A stretch of DNA of 61,774 bases, the filler included, from Myxococcota bacterium (GTDB lineage: Bacteria; Myxococcota_C; UBA6777), in NCBI GenBank assembly GCA_023150835.1. It is 4 parts of 4 records of this genome, joined end to end, with 100 filler letters (N's around TTAATTAATTAA, not from the genome) between each part and the next. Parts side by side here need not be neighbours in the genome. Positions count along the whole stretch, not along the records: positions 22,601 to 33,253 come from JAKLKB010000175.1; positions 33,354 to 51,288 come from JAKLKB010000177.1; 2 more parts are not named here. The stretch is one strand, 5' to 3'. How positions within the stretch are numbered: position 1 is the stretch's first letter; each line of letters opens with the position of its first letter. This document shows positions 30,068 through 40,550 of this stretch, piece after piece. Both the position numbers and the translations under genes were made by a program. The notes beneath the pieces are model-generated. The model saw nothing but the letters and a program-made list of their open reading frames with translations. It was not told the DNA's origin and did no database searches.

Positions 30068-30865
30068 CTATTTTTGACAAGCAGAACAACGCAAGACGAT
30101 GCGATCTTGTTGAGAGATCCCCACACCGATCCCCACGCCGATCCCGATCACAACAACGCCCCCCACAACAAACCAAGGCCAAAGCGGTACAGAAGCCGTG
30201 CGTTTGGGGACAGGCGGAGAAACAGGACGCTGCGCAACAAGGCGGCGCTCGACGGAAGACTCGGATGGTCGGCGTTCGACGGAAGACTCGGAGGGACGAC
30301 GCTCGACAGGAGCTTCGGATGGTCGGCGTTCGACGGGCTGTGAGGTTGCGAGCAGAGGAGTTCGAGGTTGAGGCAGGCTTGTTACGGAGGCGTCGGGCTG
30401 TGTCACAGGTTGGGTGGTCGGCTGGGTGGTCGGAAGGATCGCTGTGGGGAGAGGCATGGGAAGGAGCCAATGTTGGACGCCTCGGGTGCGCCCTTTGAGA
30501 GGGCGGTGGTAACGGAGAGATTGGCTGCGATACAGCACAGCGATCCAAAGATCGACCTTTTTGTAGGCCACCACGCGAAACTTGCAAGGCGTCACGTTGG
30601 CGGGGAGACAAGGGAGCGGCTTGTTGTCTTGCGTCAGAGCGACAGGAAGGCCTGAAGGAGAGGTCTCCAGAAGGATATCGCTGTAAGTCGTGGGGAGCGC
30701 GGTCAGTGGGTCGTCTTTGTCGTCTTTGCTATCTTTGTTGGTCTGTGCGAGCGCAAGCGTCGAAAACAAGAAACAAAGCAGCATCACCCAACGAGCCAAC
30801 ACAGGCGCTCGCTGAGCATACAACGGCTCAGAAGTGGGCCAAAAGACCGCAAGATCGAAGAACAT
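30068..30865 (-). CDS. Exported/membrane protein with PEGA-like segment, ERRPSE repeats and C-terminal TM helix
   Basis: Signal peptide ending LALAQ; LLETSPSG..VTPC; 27-bp repeats; PLWPWFVVGG TM. Confidence 0.7.
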   Translation of the reverse strand: MFFDLAVFWPTSEPLYAQRAPVLARWVMLLCFLFSTLALAQTNKDSKDDKDDPLTALPTTYSDILLETSPSGLPVALTQDNKPLPCLPANVTPCKFRVVAYKKVDLWIAVLYRSQSLRYHRPLKGRTRGVQHWLLPMPLPTAILPTTQPTTQPVTQPDASVTSLPQPRTPLLATSQPVERRPSEAPVERRPSESSVERRPSESSVERRLVAQRPVSPPVPKRTASVPLWPWFVVGGVVVIGIGVGIGVGISQQDRIVLRCSACQK

Positions 30866-30989
30866 CAGATCGGCTCCATCGGAAAAACTTTTTGAAAACA
30901 GAATCGAAGCGATGCAGTTGAAAAAGAGAAAGACCTGTTCGCGGCCCCCGCCCAATCGCAGTAACAAGATGTACCGAGCAGGAGAGACT

Positions 30990-31310
30990 CCCACAAAGGT
31001 GCAGACTTCGTTTGCACAGCGGTACACCCGCCCCTTGGGTTTGTGTTTCTGCCCACACTTCGGGCAGGTTTGGCTGGATTTGAAGAGCGTGCTGCGGAAA
31101 CGCTTGCGCTTGTAAGGGAAGCGAGCGTTCGTGTCTTGTTTGCGAAGTTCGCGGGCCGTTTTGATGGCCTTGTAGAAGCCCTGTTGAGCGGCGTCGATGC
31201 TGTGGGAGTGAAGGATGGAATCGGTGGAGCCGAGGGCATCATCGACACGCTCGGCTTTGGAGGTGGACATCCAGACGCCGTGTTTGCGATAAAAGCGCCA
31301 ATTTAGAGTG
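30990..31310 (-). pseudogene. tnpB: Internally deleted IS200/IS605 tnpB remnant
   Basis: WRFYRKHGVW..LHSHSIDAAQQGFY..RFPYKRKRF (N-terminal helical part) fused in frame to SQTCPKCG..KPKGRVYRC..C (zinc finger); RuvC absent. Confidence 0.85.
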
Positions 31311-31930
31311 CCTTGAGAAAGTGACCCTTTTTTTTGAGGGTCACGCGCCGTGTGTCTCGAATGCAACGACACACAATATACATAAAAGGCGCATGATTTA
31401 AGGTGCATTCAACGTTTCTTTACCCTAAAACAGGGTTGCGCTCGTTTGCAAAAACAAGCGCATTGGACGGGGAGGTTGCTTCAGACAAACGTTCGAGCAT
31501 CTCGGCGTTTGCTGCGACCTGTGAGCCGTCAAAAAAGAGGGTCACTTCTGATCCGAAGCTCGGCGCTTTAGAGCCGAGTCGTTCACCAAAGAGAAGGATA
31601 CGCAAACGCTGAGCAATTTGCAACTCTTTATTTCAGCAGAAACAAAAGAAGCAACGGCTTACCACTGGGGTGAAACCCCCGTGGCTTACGAAGCGTGAAA
31701 CTCCCTTTGGTCGTTTTGCGCCGTTATTTTTCTGCCAAGAGCAGGCGGGGATGTAGAGAGAGGAACGGTGCGTCAGTTCGACGAGAAGAAAGCGGGTAAA
31801 AAACAGCGTAAAGGTCCGTATGATAAGAAATCCGAGTGACGCGTGCACGAAGCATCGTTCGCAGACGCCCTGTTTTGGGCAGCCATAGGGGGCCCTACGT
31901 TTTACGATAACGAAACGAGCGGAGAGCGTA

Positions 31931-33250
31931 TTATTCGTCTTCTTCGTCGCTCCAAGAGCCGTGATGGAAACGATCGAAGAGAGCCTGTTCGAGCTTTTTG
32001 TGAAGGCCACCGAAGCCACCATTGGACATCACAACGATCACGTCGTCAGGTCGGGCTTTTGCGGTGATATAAGACACGATCTGATCGACTTCGGGGAAAG
32101 CGATCGCACGTTTTCCCCGTTGTTTGAGATCATGAACCACTTTTTCGATATCAAGGCGTTCGTCCGAGGCCATCTTGTCGAAGAGATAGGGCCAAGAAAA
32201 CAAGGCGATGTCGCAGGCGTCGAAGCTACGGGGAAGATCCTCTTGAAAGACGTTGCGTCGAGCGGTGTTGCTGCGCGGTTCAAAGATGCCCCAGATCCGA
32301 CGAGAAGGAAAACGCTCGCGGATGGCTTGGGTCGTCACACGGATGGCGGTGGGATGATGGGCAAAGTCATCGATCAGGACGATATCACCGACGCGTGCGA
32401 AGATCTCTTGACGCCGCTTGATCCCTTGGAAGCTGGACAGACCCTCTTGGATCGCAAGCGGAGAGAGACCGAGATCCAACGCAACACCGATCGCTGCGAT
32501 GGTGTTTGCGATGTTATATCGCCCGAATATCGGGACTTCAAAGGGAGCGATCTCACCGTTTGGATCGCACAAGGTAAATTGAGCGCCCGCTTCCGTCATG
32601 CGGATATCTTTGGCGTAAAGATCGGCCTGCGTTTCTGCACTATAGGTTCGGACAGGGGCTTGGGCGGCTGCGGCCACTTCCATCGCCATCGGATAATCGC
32701 GGCAAACCCATAACTGTCCGTCTGAAGGGATGCGCTGCATCAGAAGAAGAAAAGCCGCTTTGACAGCATCGATATCTTTGTAGATGTCGGCATGATCGAA
32801 CTCTACCGAAGTTAAGATCACGCGTTTTGGGTTGTAATGGACAAACTTGGGTACTTTGTCAAAAAGCGCAGAGTCATATTCGTCGCCTTCGATCACAAAG
32901 TCTCGGCCTTTGGGGAGCAGATAAGAGCCTTCAAAGTTGCCGCAGATCCCGCCCACAAGGACGCCGGGATCCCGCTTTGTGGAGGCAAGCAACCAGCCCG
33001 TCAGTGCGGTCGTTGTGGTTTTTCCATGAGTACCCGCCACCACCACGACGTCGCGTTGTTGCAAGAAAAGGTCGTGGATAGCGCGAGGCATCGAAGTACA
33101 GGGGATGCCTTCGGTGATGGCGGCTTGGGCTTCGGGGTTGGAAGGCCGACAAGCGTTGCCGATGATCACAAGATCGGGACGAGGTTGTAGATGTGTGGGG
33201 CTAAAGCCCTGCTGCACCTTGATCTTCCACGTCGCAAGTTGATCGCTCAT
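31931..33250 (-). CDS. mpl: Murein peptide ligase (MurC/Mpl family), 5' truncated at the contig end
   Basis: VAGTHGKTTT, IEGDEYDSA.FDK.PKF.HY, EFDHADI, DDFAHHPTAI, FEPRSNT, MSNGGFGG. Confidence 0.93.
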   Translation of the reverse strand: MSDQLATWKIKVQQGFSPTHLQPRPDLVIIGNACRPSNPEAQAAITEGIPCTSMPRAIHDLFLQQRDVVVVAGTHGKTTTTALTGWLLASTKRDPGVLVGGICGNFEGSYLLPKGRDFVIEGDEYDSALFDKVPKFVHYNPKRVILTSVEFDHADIYKDIDAVKAAFLLLMQRIPSDGQLWVCRDYPMAMEVAAAAQAPVRTYSAETQADLYAKDIRMTEAGAQFTLCDPNGEIAPFEVPIFGRYNIANTIAAIGVALDLGLSPLAIQEGLSSFQGIKRRQEIFARVGDIVLIDDFAHHPTAIRVTTQAIRERFPSRRIWGIFEPRSNTARRNVFQEDLPRSFDACDIALFSWPYLFDKMASDERLDIEKVVHDLKQRGKRAIAFPEVDQIVSYITAKARPDDVIVVMSNGGFGGLHKKLEQALFDRFHHGSWSDEEDE

Positions 33251-33253
33251 CGG

Positions 33254-33353
33254 NNNNNNNNNNNNNNNNNNNNNNNNNNNNNNNNNNNNNNNNNNNNTTA
33301 ATTAATTAANNNNNNNNNNNNNNNNNNNNNNNNNNNNNNNNNNNNNNNNNNNN
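33254..33353. other. Artificial contig linker
   Basis: N runs around TTAATTAATTAA. Confidence 0.99.
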
Positions 33354-33405
33354 TGAAGAAAACAACGAAAACTCGATGGGTTCGTTCAAAACAGATAGCG
33401 ATGAA

Positions 33406-33666
33406 GAGGTCACCGACGCAACAGAGATCGGGCAGGCACACCTGTCTGCCCCTACAAAACACCGTGTGATTTCCAACACGTAGGGGCAACCATGTGTGGT
33501 TGCCCTCGCTGAGGTTGGTTTGAACGGACCCACTCGAGGTCACCGACGCAACGGAGCGAGGGCAGGCACGGGGGCCTGCCCCTACAAAACACCGTGTGAT
33601 TTCCAACATGTAGGGGCAACCAGGTGTGGTTGCCCTAGCTGAGGTTGGTTTGAACGGACCCACTCG
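33406..33666. repeat. BIME/REPIN-like cluster: two 130-bp units, each with an inverted pair of GTAG-REP hairpins
   Basis: GGGCAGGC..TGCCCCTAC-linker-GTAGGGGCAACC..GGTTGCCC repeated at 33406 and 33536. Confidence 0.88.
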
Positions 33667-33800
33667 ATCAAAAACGTCGCTCATGAGGTTCCTTAGAAGA
33701 CCTCAAAACACAACATGAGCCTCTGCGAAGATATCCCCCAACCAAACACTCGTAATGGTTTGCTAACCCTTTGGTTTTGAAACGAAGCTTTCGTATCGGG

Positions 33801-33828
33801 TTGACAGCGCCCAAGAAAAAAGTACACT
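33801..33828 (+). promoter_or_regulatory. Putative sigma70 promoter of the 33903-34628 gene
   Basis: TTGACA-16 bp-TACACT. Confidence 0.6.
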
Positions 33829-33902
33829 CCCCTCCAGTCCCGATGGTATCCCAACCCAAGCCCGCGCATCTTGATTTCTTGCATCCCCTCATGGAGGTCA
33901 CG

Positions 33903-34628
33903 ATGTCTCTTTCGTCTCTGAGTACTGGCTCGATGATCCTTGTCCTCAAGCATCTCCTTCAACCCGAATCCCGCAAGATCCTCGAACAAATCCCTCTTCT
34001 TCAACCCTTCATCCCCGAACTGGAACGCGTCCTCTCCGCCCTCGAATCAAGCCGCCCTGACAAAGCAAGCTCCGATGAAGCCGAACGCATCATCCGCAAA
34101 ATCCTCAACGACTGCGATCGCAAGCACGATACCCTCAACCGTCACCTCTATCGCTTGCTTGAGATCACCACAGACGCCCTCCCTGAATCGATGAAACCAC
34201 AATACCAAGCCGTACACGAGCGGCTTTTTCCTCTCGGCTTGGCCGTCAATCGTTTGCGTTGGGTTGACGAGGCTGGCGAAGTTGCCCGCTTCGAAAAGCA
34301 ACTTCGTTCCGATGCCAACCTCTCTCGTATGCTCCTTGAAATGACCCTCACCGTCGGCGGTGTCGAACGCCTCAATGGCCTTGCTCTCGCAGAAGCCCTG
34401 ATCCAAGTCGGCAAAGACATGGATCAAAAACTTCTTGAACTCAACAAGCTCCAATCGGGCGGCACGACCGCTGAAACACAAGCCCGACGCGACTTCGTTC
34501 GTTGGGTGACGCGCTTCGTTGACCTCGCGCAGATCGCTCTCGCCGCACAACCCATCCTCTTGCAAAAATTGCTTGTTGAACTTCAAAAGCAGCTTGACGA
34601 TGTCCCCTCCGAACCCTCCAAATCCTGA
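33903..34628 (+). CDS. All-helical hypothetical protein (241 aa), loosely DUF6261-like
   Basis: GGAGG RBS; D..HD...R.LY..L and LFP.GL....W.DEAGE motifs; family call is from memory. Confidence 0.85.
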   Translation: MSLSSLSTGSMILVLKHLLQPESRKILEQIPLLQPFIPELERVLSALESSRPDKASSDEAERIIRKILNDCDRKHDTLNRHLYRLLEITTDALPESMKPQYQAVHERLFPLGLAVNRLRWVDEAGEVARFEKQLRSDANLSRMLLEMTLTVGGVERLNGLALAEALIQVGKDMDQKLLELNKLQSGGTTAETQARRDFVRWVTRFVDLAQIALAAQPILLQKLLVELQKQLDDVPSEPSKS

Positions 34629-34671
34629 CACTCTTCAAACCACACGCCCCTTTTGTTCTGCGCTCCCGCCC

Positions 34672-34980
34672 AGAACGCTAAAAAGAGCGTGTTATCGCAG
34701 ATCGTTTGCAATAGAACGCTAAAAAGAGCGTGTTACCGCAGATCGTTTGCAATAGAACGCTAAAAAGAGCGTGTTATCGCAAGTCGTTTGCAATAGAACG
34801 CTAAAAAGAGCGTGTTACCGCAGATCGTTTGCAATAGAACGCTAAAAAGAGCGTGTTATCGCAAATCGTTTGCAATAGAACGCTAAAAACAGGGGTGGAA
34901 CTTGGGCGTTGGAGGAAAAATCGCTAAAAGCAGGGGTGTAACTTGGGGATTGGAGGGAAAATCGCTAGAAGCAGCGGTAG
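34672..34980. repeat. 41-bp-period tandem array: 5 near-identical units, then 2+ units of a different sequence in the same phase
   Basis: AGAACGCTAAAAAGAGCGTGTTAYCGCARRTCGTTTGCAAT at 34672/34713/34754/34795/34836; CGCTA(A/G)AA anchor continues at 34881/34922/34963. Confidence 0.95.
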
Positions 34981-34996
34981 AAGTGGGCGGTTGGCC

Positions 34997-35145
34997 AAAA
35001 AAAGCCGTGTTCGCGCAGTTTGAAGCGACAGAGTCGTTTGTTTTGAAAACCTGTGATCTTTTCGCCCACATGGGGTCAAGGGGGTTAAGACCCCTTGTGG
35101 GGTGTGGGGTGAAACCCCACAAAATAAGCCCGCTGCGTAAGGCCG
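34997..35145 (+). repeat. Family B element
   Basis: AAAAAAGCCGTGTTCGCGC..GGGGTCAAGGGG..CCCCTTGTGGGGTGTGGGGTGAAACCCCAC..TGCGTAAG. Confidence 0.8.
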
Positions 35146-35213
35146 AAGGTGGTCGGAGATGAGCGAAAATTTGGGTGTGGAGTGTGAAAGGTTCGGTTGA
35201 GAGGGGATATCAC

Positions 35214-35242
35214 TTGACAGGAAGGGGAAGGGAGCATAGCCT
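35214..35242 (+). promoter_or_regulatory. Putative sigma70 promoter of the rpiB-nusB operon
   Basis: TTGACA-17 bp-TAGCCT. Confidence 0.55.
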
Positions 35243-35311
35243 TTGCGCGCCTTGTGGGGTACGCAGTGAGAACAGGCGATAGAATTGTTTGTGAGAAAGA
35301 GGAGTTGCGCG

Positions 35312-35767
35312 ATGTGGAAGGTAGCGACAGGCTCGGATCATGCGGGGCGGCGATTGCGAATGCAGGTGCAGGAGTGGTTGGCAGCGCGTGGTGTGGAGGT
35401 CGTGGATTGTGGGGTGCATGAGCAGGAATCGGTAGATTATCCGTGTTATGCGGCTCCGGTTGCGCAGCGAGTCCGAGCAGGCGAGGTGGCGTGGGGCGTG
35501 TTGGTGTGTGGTAGCGGTTTGGGGATGAGCATGGCGGCGAATCGTTATGCGGGGATTCGGGCGGCTTTGTGCCGAGAAGAACACAGCGCACGGATGGCAC
35601 GGATGCACAACGACGCGAATATCTTGGTGTTGGGAGAGCGATTTACAGGAGAATCGCTTGCGGAGGCGATCTTGGATGCGTGGATGGCGGCGTCTTTTGA
35701 GGGGGGTCGCCATGCGCGCCGAGTGGAATTGATGGATACGCTGCCTGTCGAGACAAGCAAGGCGTAG
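35312..35767 (+). CDS. rpiB: Ribose-5-phosphate isomerase B
   Basis: GSDHAG, VDYP, CGSGLG, ARMHNDAN, FEGGRH. Confidence 0.97.
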   Translation: MWKVATGSDHAGRRLRMQVQEWLAARGVEVVDCGVHEQESVDYPCYAAPVAQRVRAGEVAWGVLVCGSGLGMSMAANRYAGIRAALCREEHSARMARMHNDANILVLGERFTGESLAEAILDAWMAASFEGGRHARRVELMDTLPVETSKA

Positions 35768-35854
35768 CGTGGAGGAATCCGTCAGAAAGAACTGTTTGCA
35801 ACAGGAATGGCCGCCGAACCCGGATGGGGGTGTGCCGCGAAGGAGAGAGGGCCG

Positions 35855-37132
35855 ATGTATCAATCGTTAGCGAAGACAGATCCCGAAGTGTTTTCGAGTT
35901 TGCGTCATGAGTTGCACCGCCAAGAAGAAGGTTTGGAGATGATCGCGTCGGAGAACTTTGTGTCGCGAGCGGTGATGGAAGCGGTGGGATCGCCGTTGAC
36001 GAACAAGTACGCGGAAGGGTATCCAAAGGCGCGGTATTATGGTGGATGCGAGTATTACGACGAGATCGAGACGTTGGCGATCCAGCGAGCCTGCAAGTTG
36101 TTTGGGAGCGATCATGCGAATGTGCAACCGCATTCGGGCGCGCAAGCCAACATGGCGGCGTATCAGGCATTGTTGAAGCCGGGGGATACGATCTTGACGT
36201 TGGAGTTGGCGCATGGGGGCCACTTGACGCATGGGAGTCCCGTGAATGGTTCGGGCAAGTTGTACAATGTAGTGCATTATCGGGTGCGACAGGACGATCA
36301 GCGGCTGGACTACGATCACATTGCAGAGCAAGCAGCGGCCCACAAGCCGAAGCTGATCGTGGCAGGCGCGAGCGCATATCCGCGAACGATCGACTTTGCG
36401 CGATTTCGACAGATCGCAGACAGCGTGGGGGCGTTGTTGATGGCGGATGTGGCGCATGTAGCAGGTTTGGTGGTGACGCAGCTTCATCCTGATCCGATGC
36501 CGTATTGTCATGTGGTGACGACGACAACGCACAAGACGCTGCGCGGTCCTCGGGGCGGGTTGATCTTGACGTCGGAGGATTATCGCAAAGCGATCAATTC
36601 GGCGGTGTTTCCCGGGATGCAGGGCGGGCCATTGATGCACGTGATCGCGGGAAAAGCGGTGGCGTTTGGCGAGGCGTTGTTGCCGTCGTTTGCGGCGTAT
36701 CAGCGGCAAGTATTGGCGAATGCGCAGACGTTGGCCAAGGTGCTGTCCGACGGTGGAGTGCGTTTGGTGACGGGAGGAACGGACAATCACTTGATCTTGA
36801 TGGACGTGGGGAGTCTGGGCCTGACGGGTCAACAATGCGAGCAAGCTTTGGAGCAATCGGGCTTTACGGTGAACAAGAATATGATCCCCTATGATGCGCG
36901 CCCGCCGAAGGTGACGAGCGGGATCCGCGTGGGAACCCCCGCGCTGACATCGCGTGGGATGGGCGTGGCAGAGATGAAGCAGATCGGCGCGTGGATGTTG
37001 GAGATCTACAAAGATATCGAGAATGAAGGATTGCGCGGGCGGATTCGTGCAGAAGTGGCGGCGATGAGCAAGCGTTTTCCGTTGTATCCGGCGTTGGTTT
37101 CGGCGGCAGATAGTTTGGGGGGGCAAGGCTGA
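35855..37132 (+). CDS. glyA: Serine hydroxymethyltransferase
   Basis: [28 protein letters not shown]. Confidence 0.99.
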   Translation: MYQSLAKTDPEVFSSLRHELHRQEEGLEMIASENFVSRAVMEAVGSPLTNKYAEGYPKARYYGGCEYYDEIETLAIQRACKLFGSDHANVQPHSGAQANMAAYQALLKPGDTILTLELAHGGHLTHGSPVNGSGKLYNVVHYRVRQDDQRLDYDHIAEQAAAHKPKLIVAGASAYPRTIDFARFRQIADSVGALLMADVAHVAGLVVTQLHPDPMPYCHVVTTTTHKTLRGPRGGLILTSEDYRKAINSAVFPGMQGGPLMHVIAGKAVAFGEALLPSFAAYQRQVLANAQTLAKVLSDGGVRLVTGGTDNHLILMDVGSLGLTGQQCEQALEQSGFTVNKNMIPYDARPPKVTSGIRVGTPALTSRGMGVAEMKQIGAWMLEIYKDIENEGLRGRIRAEVAAMSKRFPLYPALVSAADSLGGQG

Positions 37133-37138
37133 GGCCCG

Positions 37139-37621
37139 ATGCGATGTCCTAATTGTCAAGCGGAAGAGACGCGAGTGATCGATTCGCGAAGTAGCAAGGA
37201 TGGCTACGTGGTGCGTCGTCGTCGGGTGTGCGAAGAATGCAAAGGCCGATTTACGACGTACGAAAAGATCGAGCAGATGTTGCCGATGGTGACGAAGAAA
37301 GATCAACGGCGAGAGTTGTTTGCGCGGGAGAAGATCACGCGAGGGATCATGCAGGCGTGTCAAAAGCGGCCCGTGAGCATCGAGCAAGTCGAGCAGATCG
37401 CCGATGAGATCGAGCGTTTGGTGTCCGAACGCAGCGAGCGAGAGGTGGAGAGCCAACAGATCGGCGCGTGGGTGATGGAAAAATTGCGCGATGTGGATCA
37501 GGTGGCGTATGTACGTTTTGCGAGTGTGTATCGGGAGTTTCGGGACGCCGAAGAGTTTATGGCGGAGTTGCGGGGGCTTTTGCCAGAAGGGGAAGGGGGA
37601 AGACCCCAAACGCAAGGGTGA
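37139..37621 (+). CDS. nrdR: Transcriptional repressor NrdR
   Basis: MRCPNC..RRRRVCEEC..RFTTYE, ATP cone, VAYVRFASVYREF. Confidence 0.98.
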   Translation: MRCPNCQAEETRVIDSRSSKDGYVVRRRRVCEECKGRFTTYEKIEQMLPMVTKKDQRRELFAREKITRGIMQACQKRPVSIEQVEQIADEIERLVSERSEREVESQQIGAWVMEKLRDVDQVAYVRFASVYREFRDAEEFMAELRGLLPEGEGGRPQTQG

Positions 37622-37684
37622 TGAGAGGCGTTGTGTGGAGTGTCCCTTGGATGGGCAGTCGAAACGTCCGCAAACGCAAGGATA

Positions 37685-38827
37685 ATGGAGAGACCTTCTG
37701 TGGATCGAGATGTGTATTATATGTCGCTGGCGCTTGAAGAAGCGGCGCGAGCGAGAGGTCGAACCCGTCCGAATCCGATGGTGGGTGCGGTGGTCGTCAA
37801 AGAGGGCGAGATCTTGGCGCGGGGGTACCACCATCGCGCAGGTTTGCCGCACGCGGAGGTGGAAGCGTTGTCACAGATCGGTGAGGCAGCGCGTGGTACG
37901 ACGATGTATGTGAACTTGGAGCCATGCAGCCATTATGGTCGGACGCCACCTTGTGCGGATCGGTTGATCGAGGCGGGTGTGGCGCGGGTGGTGGTGGGGG
38001 TGACGGATCCGAATCCTCGCGTGGATGGCCGAGGTATCGAGCGTTTGCGTGCGGCAGGGATCCAAGTTGACGTTGGCGTGTTGGAGTCGGCGTGTGCGGA
38101 TCTGAATGCGCCATTTTTTACATACATCCGAGCGGGCCGTCCGTATGTGCAGCTCAAGATCGCGATGAGTTTGGATGCGCGGATCGCGACGAGGACGGGG
38201 GATTCGCGTTGGTTGAGCGGAGAAGAGGCTCGGCGTTGGGCGCACCAGTTGCGCGATCATGCGGATGCGATCTTGGTGGGTGTGGGGACGGTGATCGCGG
38301 ATGATCCTGCGTTGACGGTGCGTTGGGTGGAGGGGCGCGATCCGTTGCGAGTGGTGTTGGATTCGACGTTGCGAACGCCGCTGTCGGCGCAGATCGTGGT
38401 GGGAGAACAGGCTGCGGGGACGGTGGTGTTTTGCTGTCGCCCTGATGTGGAGAAGCAAGCGGTGTTGGAAGCGCGGGGCGTGCGCGTCGAGGTGGTCGAG
38501 GCGGATGCTGCGGGGCAAGTCTCGCTCGAAGCGGTGTTGCGTCGTCTGCATGGGATGGAATGTTTGCATCTTTTGGTGGAGGGCGGTGGCGGTGTGCATG
38601 GCGCATTTTTGCGGTCGCGTCAGGTGGATCGGTTGTCGCTGGTGTTGACGCCTTGGTTACTCGGCTGCGACGGGATCGATGCGTTTCGTTTTGCAGGAAC
38701 GGATCTGTTGAAAGATGCTTTGAAGCTGCGGGGTTTGCGAACGCAACGTTTGGGGGAAGATATCTTGTTGGAAGCGGAGATGCCGAAGATGGAGCGCGAG
38801 AGCGTAGGATCAGGTGAAAGCCGCTGA
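37685..38827 (+). CDS. ribD: Riboflavin biosynthesis deaminase/reductase
   Basis: [35 protein letters not shown]. Confidence 0.97.
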   Translation: MERPSVDRDVYYMSLALEEAARARGRTRPNPMVGAVVVKEGEILARGYHHRAGLPHAEVEALSQIGEAARGTTMYVNLEPCSHYGRTPPCADRLIEAGVARVVVGVTDPNPRVDGRGIERLRAAGIQVDVGVLESACADLNAPFFTYIRAGRPYVQLKIAMSLDARIATRTGDSRWLSGEEARRWAHQLRDHADAILVGVGTVIADDPALTVRWVEGRDPLRVVLDSTLRTPLSAQIVVGEQAAGTVVFCCRPDVEKQAVLEARGVRVEVVEADAAGQVSLEAVLRRLHGMECLHLLVEGGGGVHGAFLRSRQVDRLSLVLTPWLLGCDGIDAFRFAGTDLLKDALKLRGLRTQRLGEDILLEAEMPKMERESVGSGESR

Positions 38828-38865
38828 TGTGTTGGGATATTTGGAAGGTTTGCGCGTGGTGTTGA

Positions 38866-40065
38866 ATGGAGGGTGCTGTGAATAGCAAAGAGCGTGTAGA
38901 GCGGGCATTGGAAGAGATCCGCAAGGGCAAGATGATCGTCTTGGTGGATGATGAAGATCGAGAGAACGAAGGCGATCTGTACATGGCGGCAGAGAAAGTG
39001 ACACCCGAAGCGATCGCGTTTATGGCATCGCGAGGTCGGGGATTGATTTGCTTGACGTTGACGGATCAGCGGTGTGCTGAGCTTGCGTTGTCGATGATGG
39101 TGACGGAGCAGGACAATCACACGCCCTACGGGACGGCATTTACGGTCTCGATCGATGCACGTGAAGGGATATCAACGGGGATCAGCGCGCATGATCGGGC
39201 GTTGACGATCAAGTTGGCGATCGATCCAAAGACGCGACCAGAGCAGTTGGTGCGACCGGGCCACATTTTTCCGTTGCGTGCGCGGGAGGGTGGGGTGTTG
39301 GTGCGTGCGGGGCAGACGGAAGGGTCGGTGGATTTGTCGAGGATGGCGGGTTTGCATCCGTCAGGTGTGATCTGCGAGATCATGAAAGAAGATGGGACGA
39401 TGGCGCGGATGCCGGATCTGGAGGTATTTGCGTGTGAACATGATCTGATGATCTTGACCATTGCGGATCTGATCGAGTATCGGATGCGGCATGAATCCTT
39501 GGTGCAATGCCAACAGGAGTTTGCGTTGACGACGGAGACAGGCGCACGATTTCATGCAAGCGTTTGGCGCGATGTGATGGCTGAGCGCACGCATTTAGCG
39601 ATCCGTCTTGGCGAATGGAGCGAAGAAGAAGAGGTGTTGGTGCGGGTGCATCGCAGCAGTTTGTTGAGCGATGTGTTTGGATTTCACCGTCCCCACGCTT
39701 CGCCATCGCTGCAAGGGGTATTTGAAACGCTCGAAGAAGCAGGAAAAGGCGTGGTGCTTTATTTGGTGTATCCCGAACCCGGGACGGATCTGATCTATCC
39801 GTTGGCTTCGTATGAAGAACGCGAAAGATTGGCCTTGCCCCAAGCGATGCGAGAGTTGCGGGAATATGGGATCGGCGCACAGATCTTGTCGCGTCTCGGC
39901 TTGCGCAATATCCGATTGATGACCAACAACCCGAAGCGGCTTGCAGGGATCGATGGTTATGGCCTGACGATCGTTGAACAAGTTTCGATCCCACAAGATA
40001 CACAGCGACGTGCGGGTCTGACCGTGACCTCGGTGGCTGTCCACGAAGACGGAGACAAGGTGTGA
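38866..40065 (+). CDS. ribB: DHBP synthase fused to a degenerate GTP cyclohydrolase II-like domain (RibBX type)
   Basis: [25 protein letters not shown] intact; [14 protein letters not shown] lacks the zinc-binding Cys residues. Confidence 0.92.
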   Translation: MEGAVNSKERVERALEEIRKGKMIVLVDDEDRENEGDLYMAAEKVTPEAIAFMASRGRGLICLTLTDQRCAELALSMMVTEQDNHTPYGTAFTVSIDAREGISTGISAHDRALTIKLAIDPKTRPEQLVRPGHIFPLRAREGGVLVRAGQTEGSVDLSRMAGLHPSGVICEIMKEDGTMARMPDLEVFACEHDLMILTIADLIEYRMRHESLVQCQQEFALTTETGARFHASVWRDVMAERTHLAIRLGEWSEEEEVLVRVHRSSLLSDVFGFHRPHASPSLQGVFETLEEAGKGVVLYLVYPEPGTDLIYPLASYEERERLALPQAMRELREYGIGAQILSRLGLRNIRLMTNNPKRLAGIDGYGLTIVEQVSIPQDTQRRAGLTVTSVAVHEDGDKV

Positions 40066-40550
40066 ATATGCCAGAGATCATAGAAGCCAATCTGGTGGTC
40101 GATCCAAATGCGCGTTTTGCGCTGGTGGTGTCGCGCTTCAATGAAACGATCTGCGAGCGTTTGTTGAGCGGTGCGATGGATGCGCTGGTGCGTCATGGCG
40201 GAAAAGTCGAGCAGATCGTGGTGGTGCGCGTGCCGGGAGCTTTTGAGATCCCGTTGGTGGTGCGTCGTTTGGCCCGCAGCAAGCGCTTTGATGCCGTGAT
40301 CGCGCTTGGGGCAGTAATTCGTGGCGGAACGCCGCACTTTGAATATGTTTGTTCGGCGGTGACTTCGGGGCTGAATCAGGCCCAGATGGAAACCGATATC
40401 CCTGTTGCGTTTGGGATCTTGACAGCAGATACCACAGAGCAAGCGACGGAGCGGTCGGGGATCAAGATGGGAAACAAAGGCATCGAGGCTGCCCTTGCTG
40501 CCGTGGAGATGGTGAACTTATTGAAACAGGTCGATGCGCATGTCTATTAG
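40062..40550 (+). CDS. ribH: 6,7-dimethyl-8-ribityllumazine synthase
   Basis: [28 protein letters not shown]. Confidence 0.98.
   Translation: MNMPEIIEANLVVDPNARFALVVSRFNETICERLLSGAMDALVRHGGKVEQIVVVRVPGAFEIPLVVRRLARSKRFDAVIALGAVIRGGTPHFEYVCSAVTSGLNQAQMETDIPVAFGILTADTTEQATERSGIKMGNKGIEAALAAVEMVNLLKQVDAHVY

Noticed and set aside
31420-31710. 67-aa ORF and GGGGTGAAACCCC hairpin upstream of the tnpB remnant as tnpA or an ncRNA
   Set aside because: No HUH/Y1 motif and no RNA family I can recognise; cannot be supported.
34672-34980. CRISPR array
   Set aside because: Units are contiguous and near-identical with no unique spacers; no cas genes in the window.
35867-37852. 661-aa minus-strand ORF and other long antisense ORFs (e.g. 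25086-26240, 55654-56868)
   Set aside because: Shadows of glyA/nrdR, argS and the HEAT gene caused by codon bias; no motifs.
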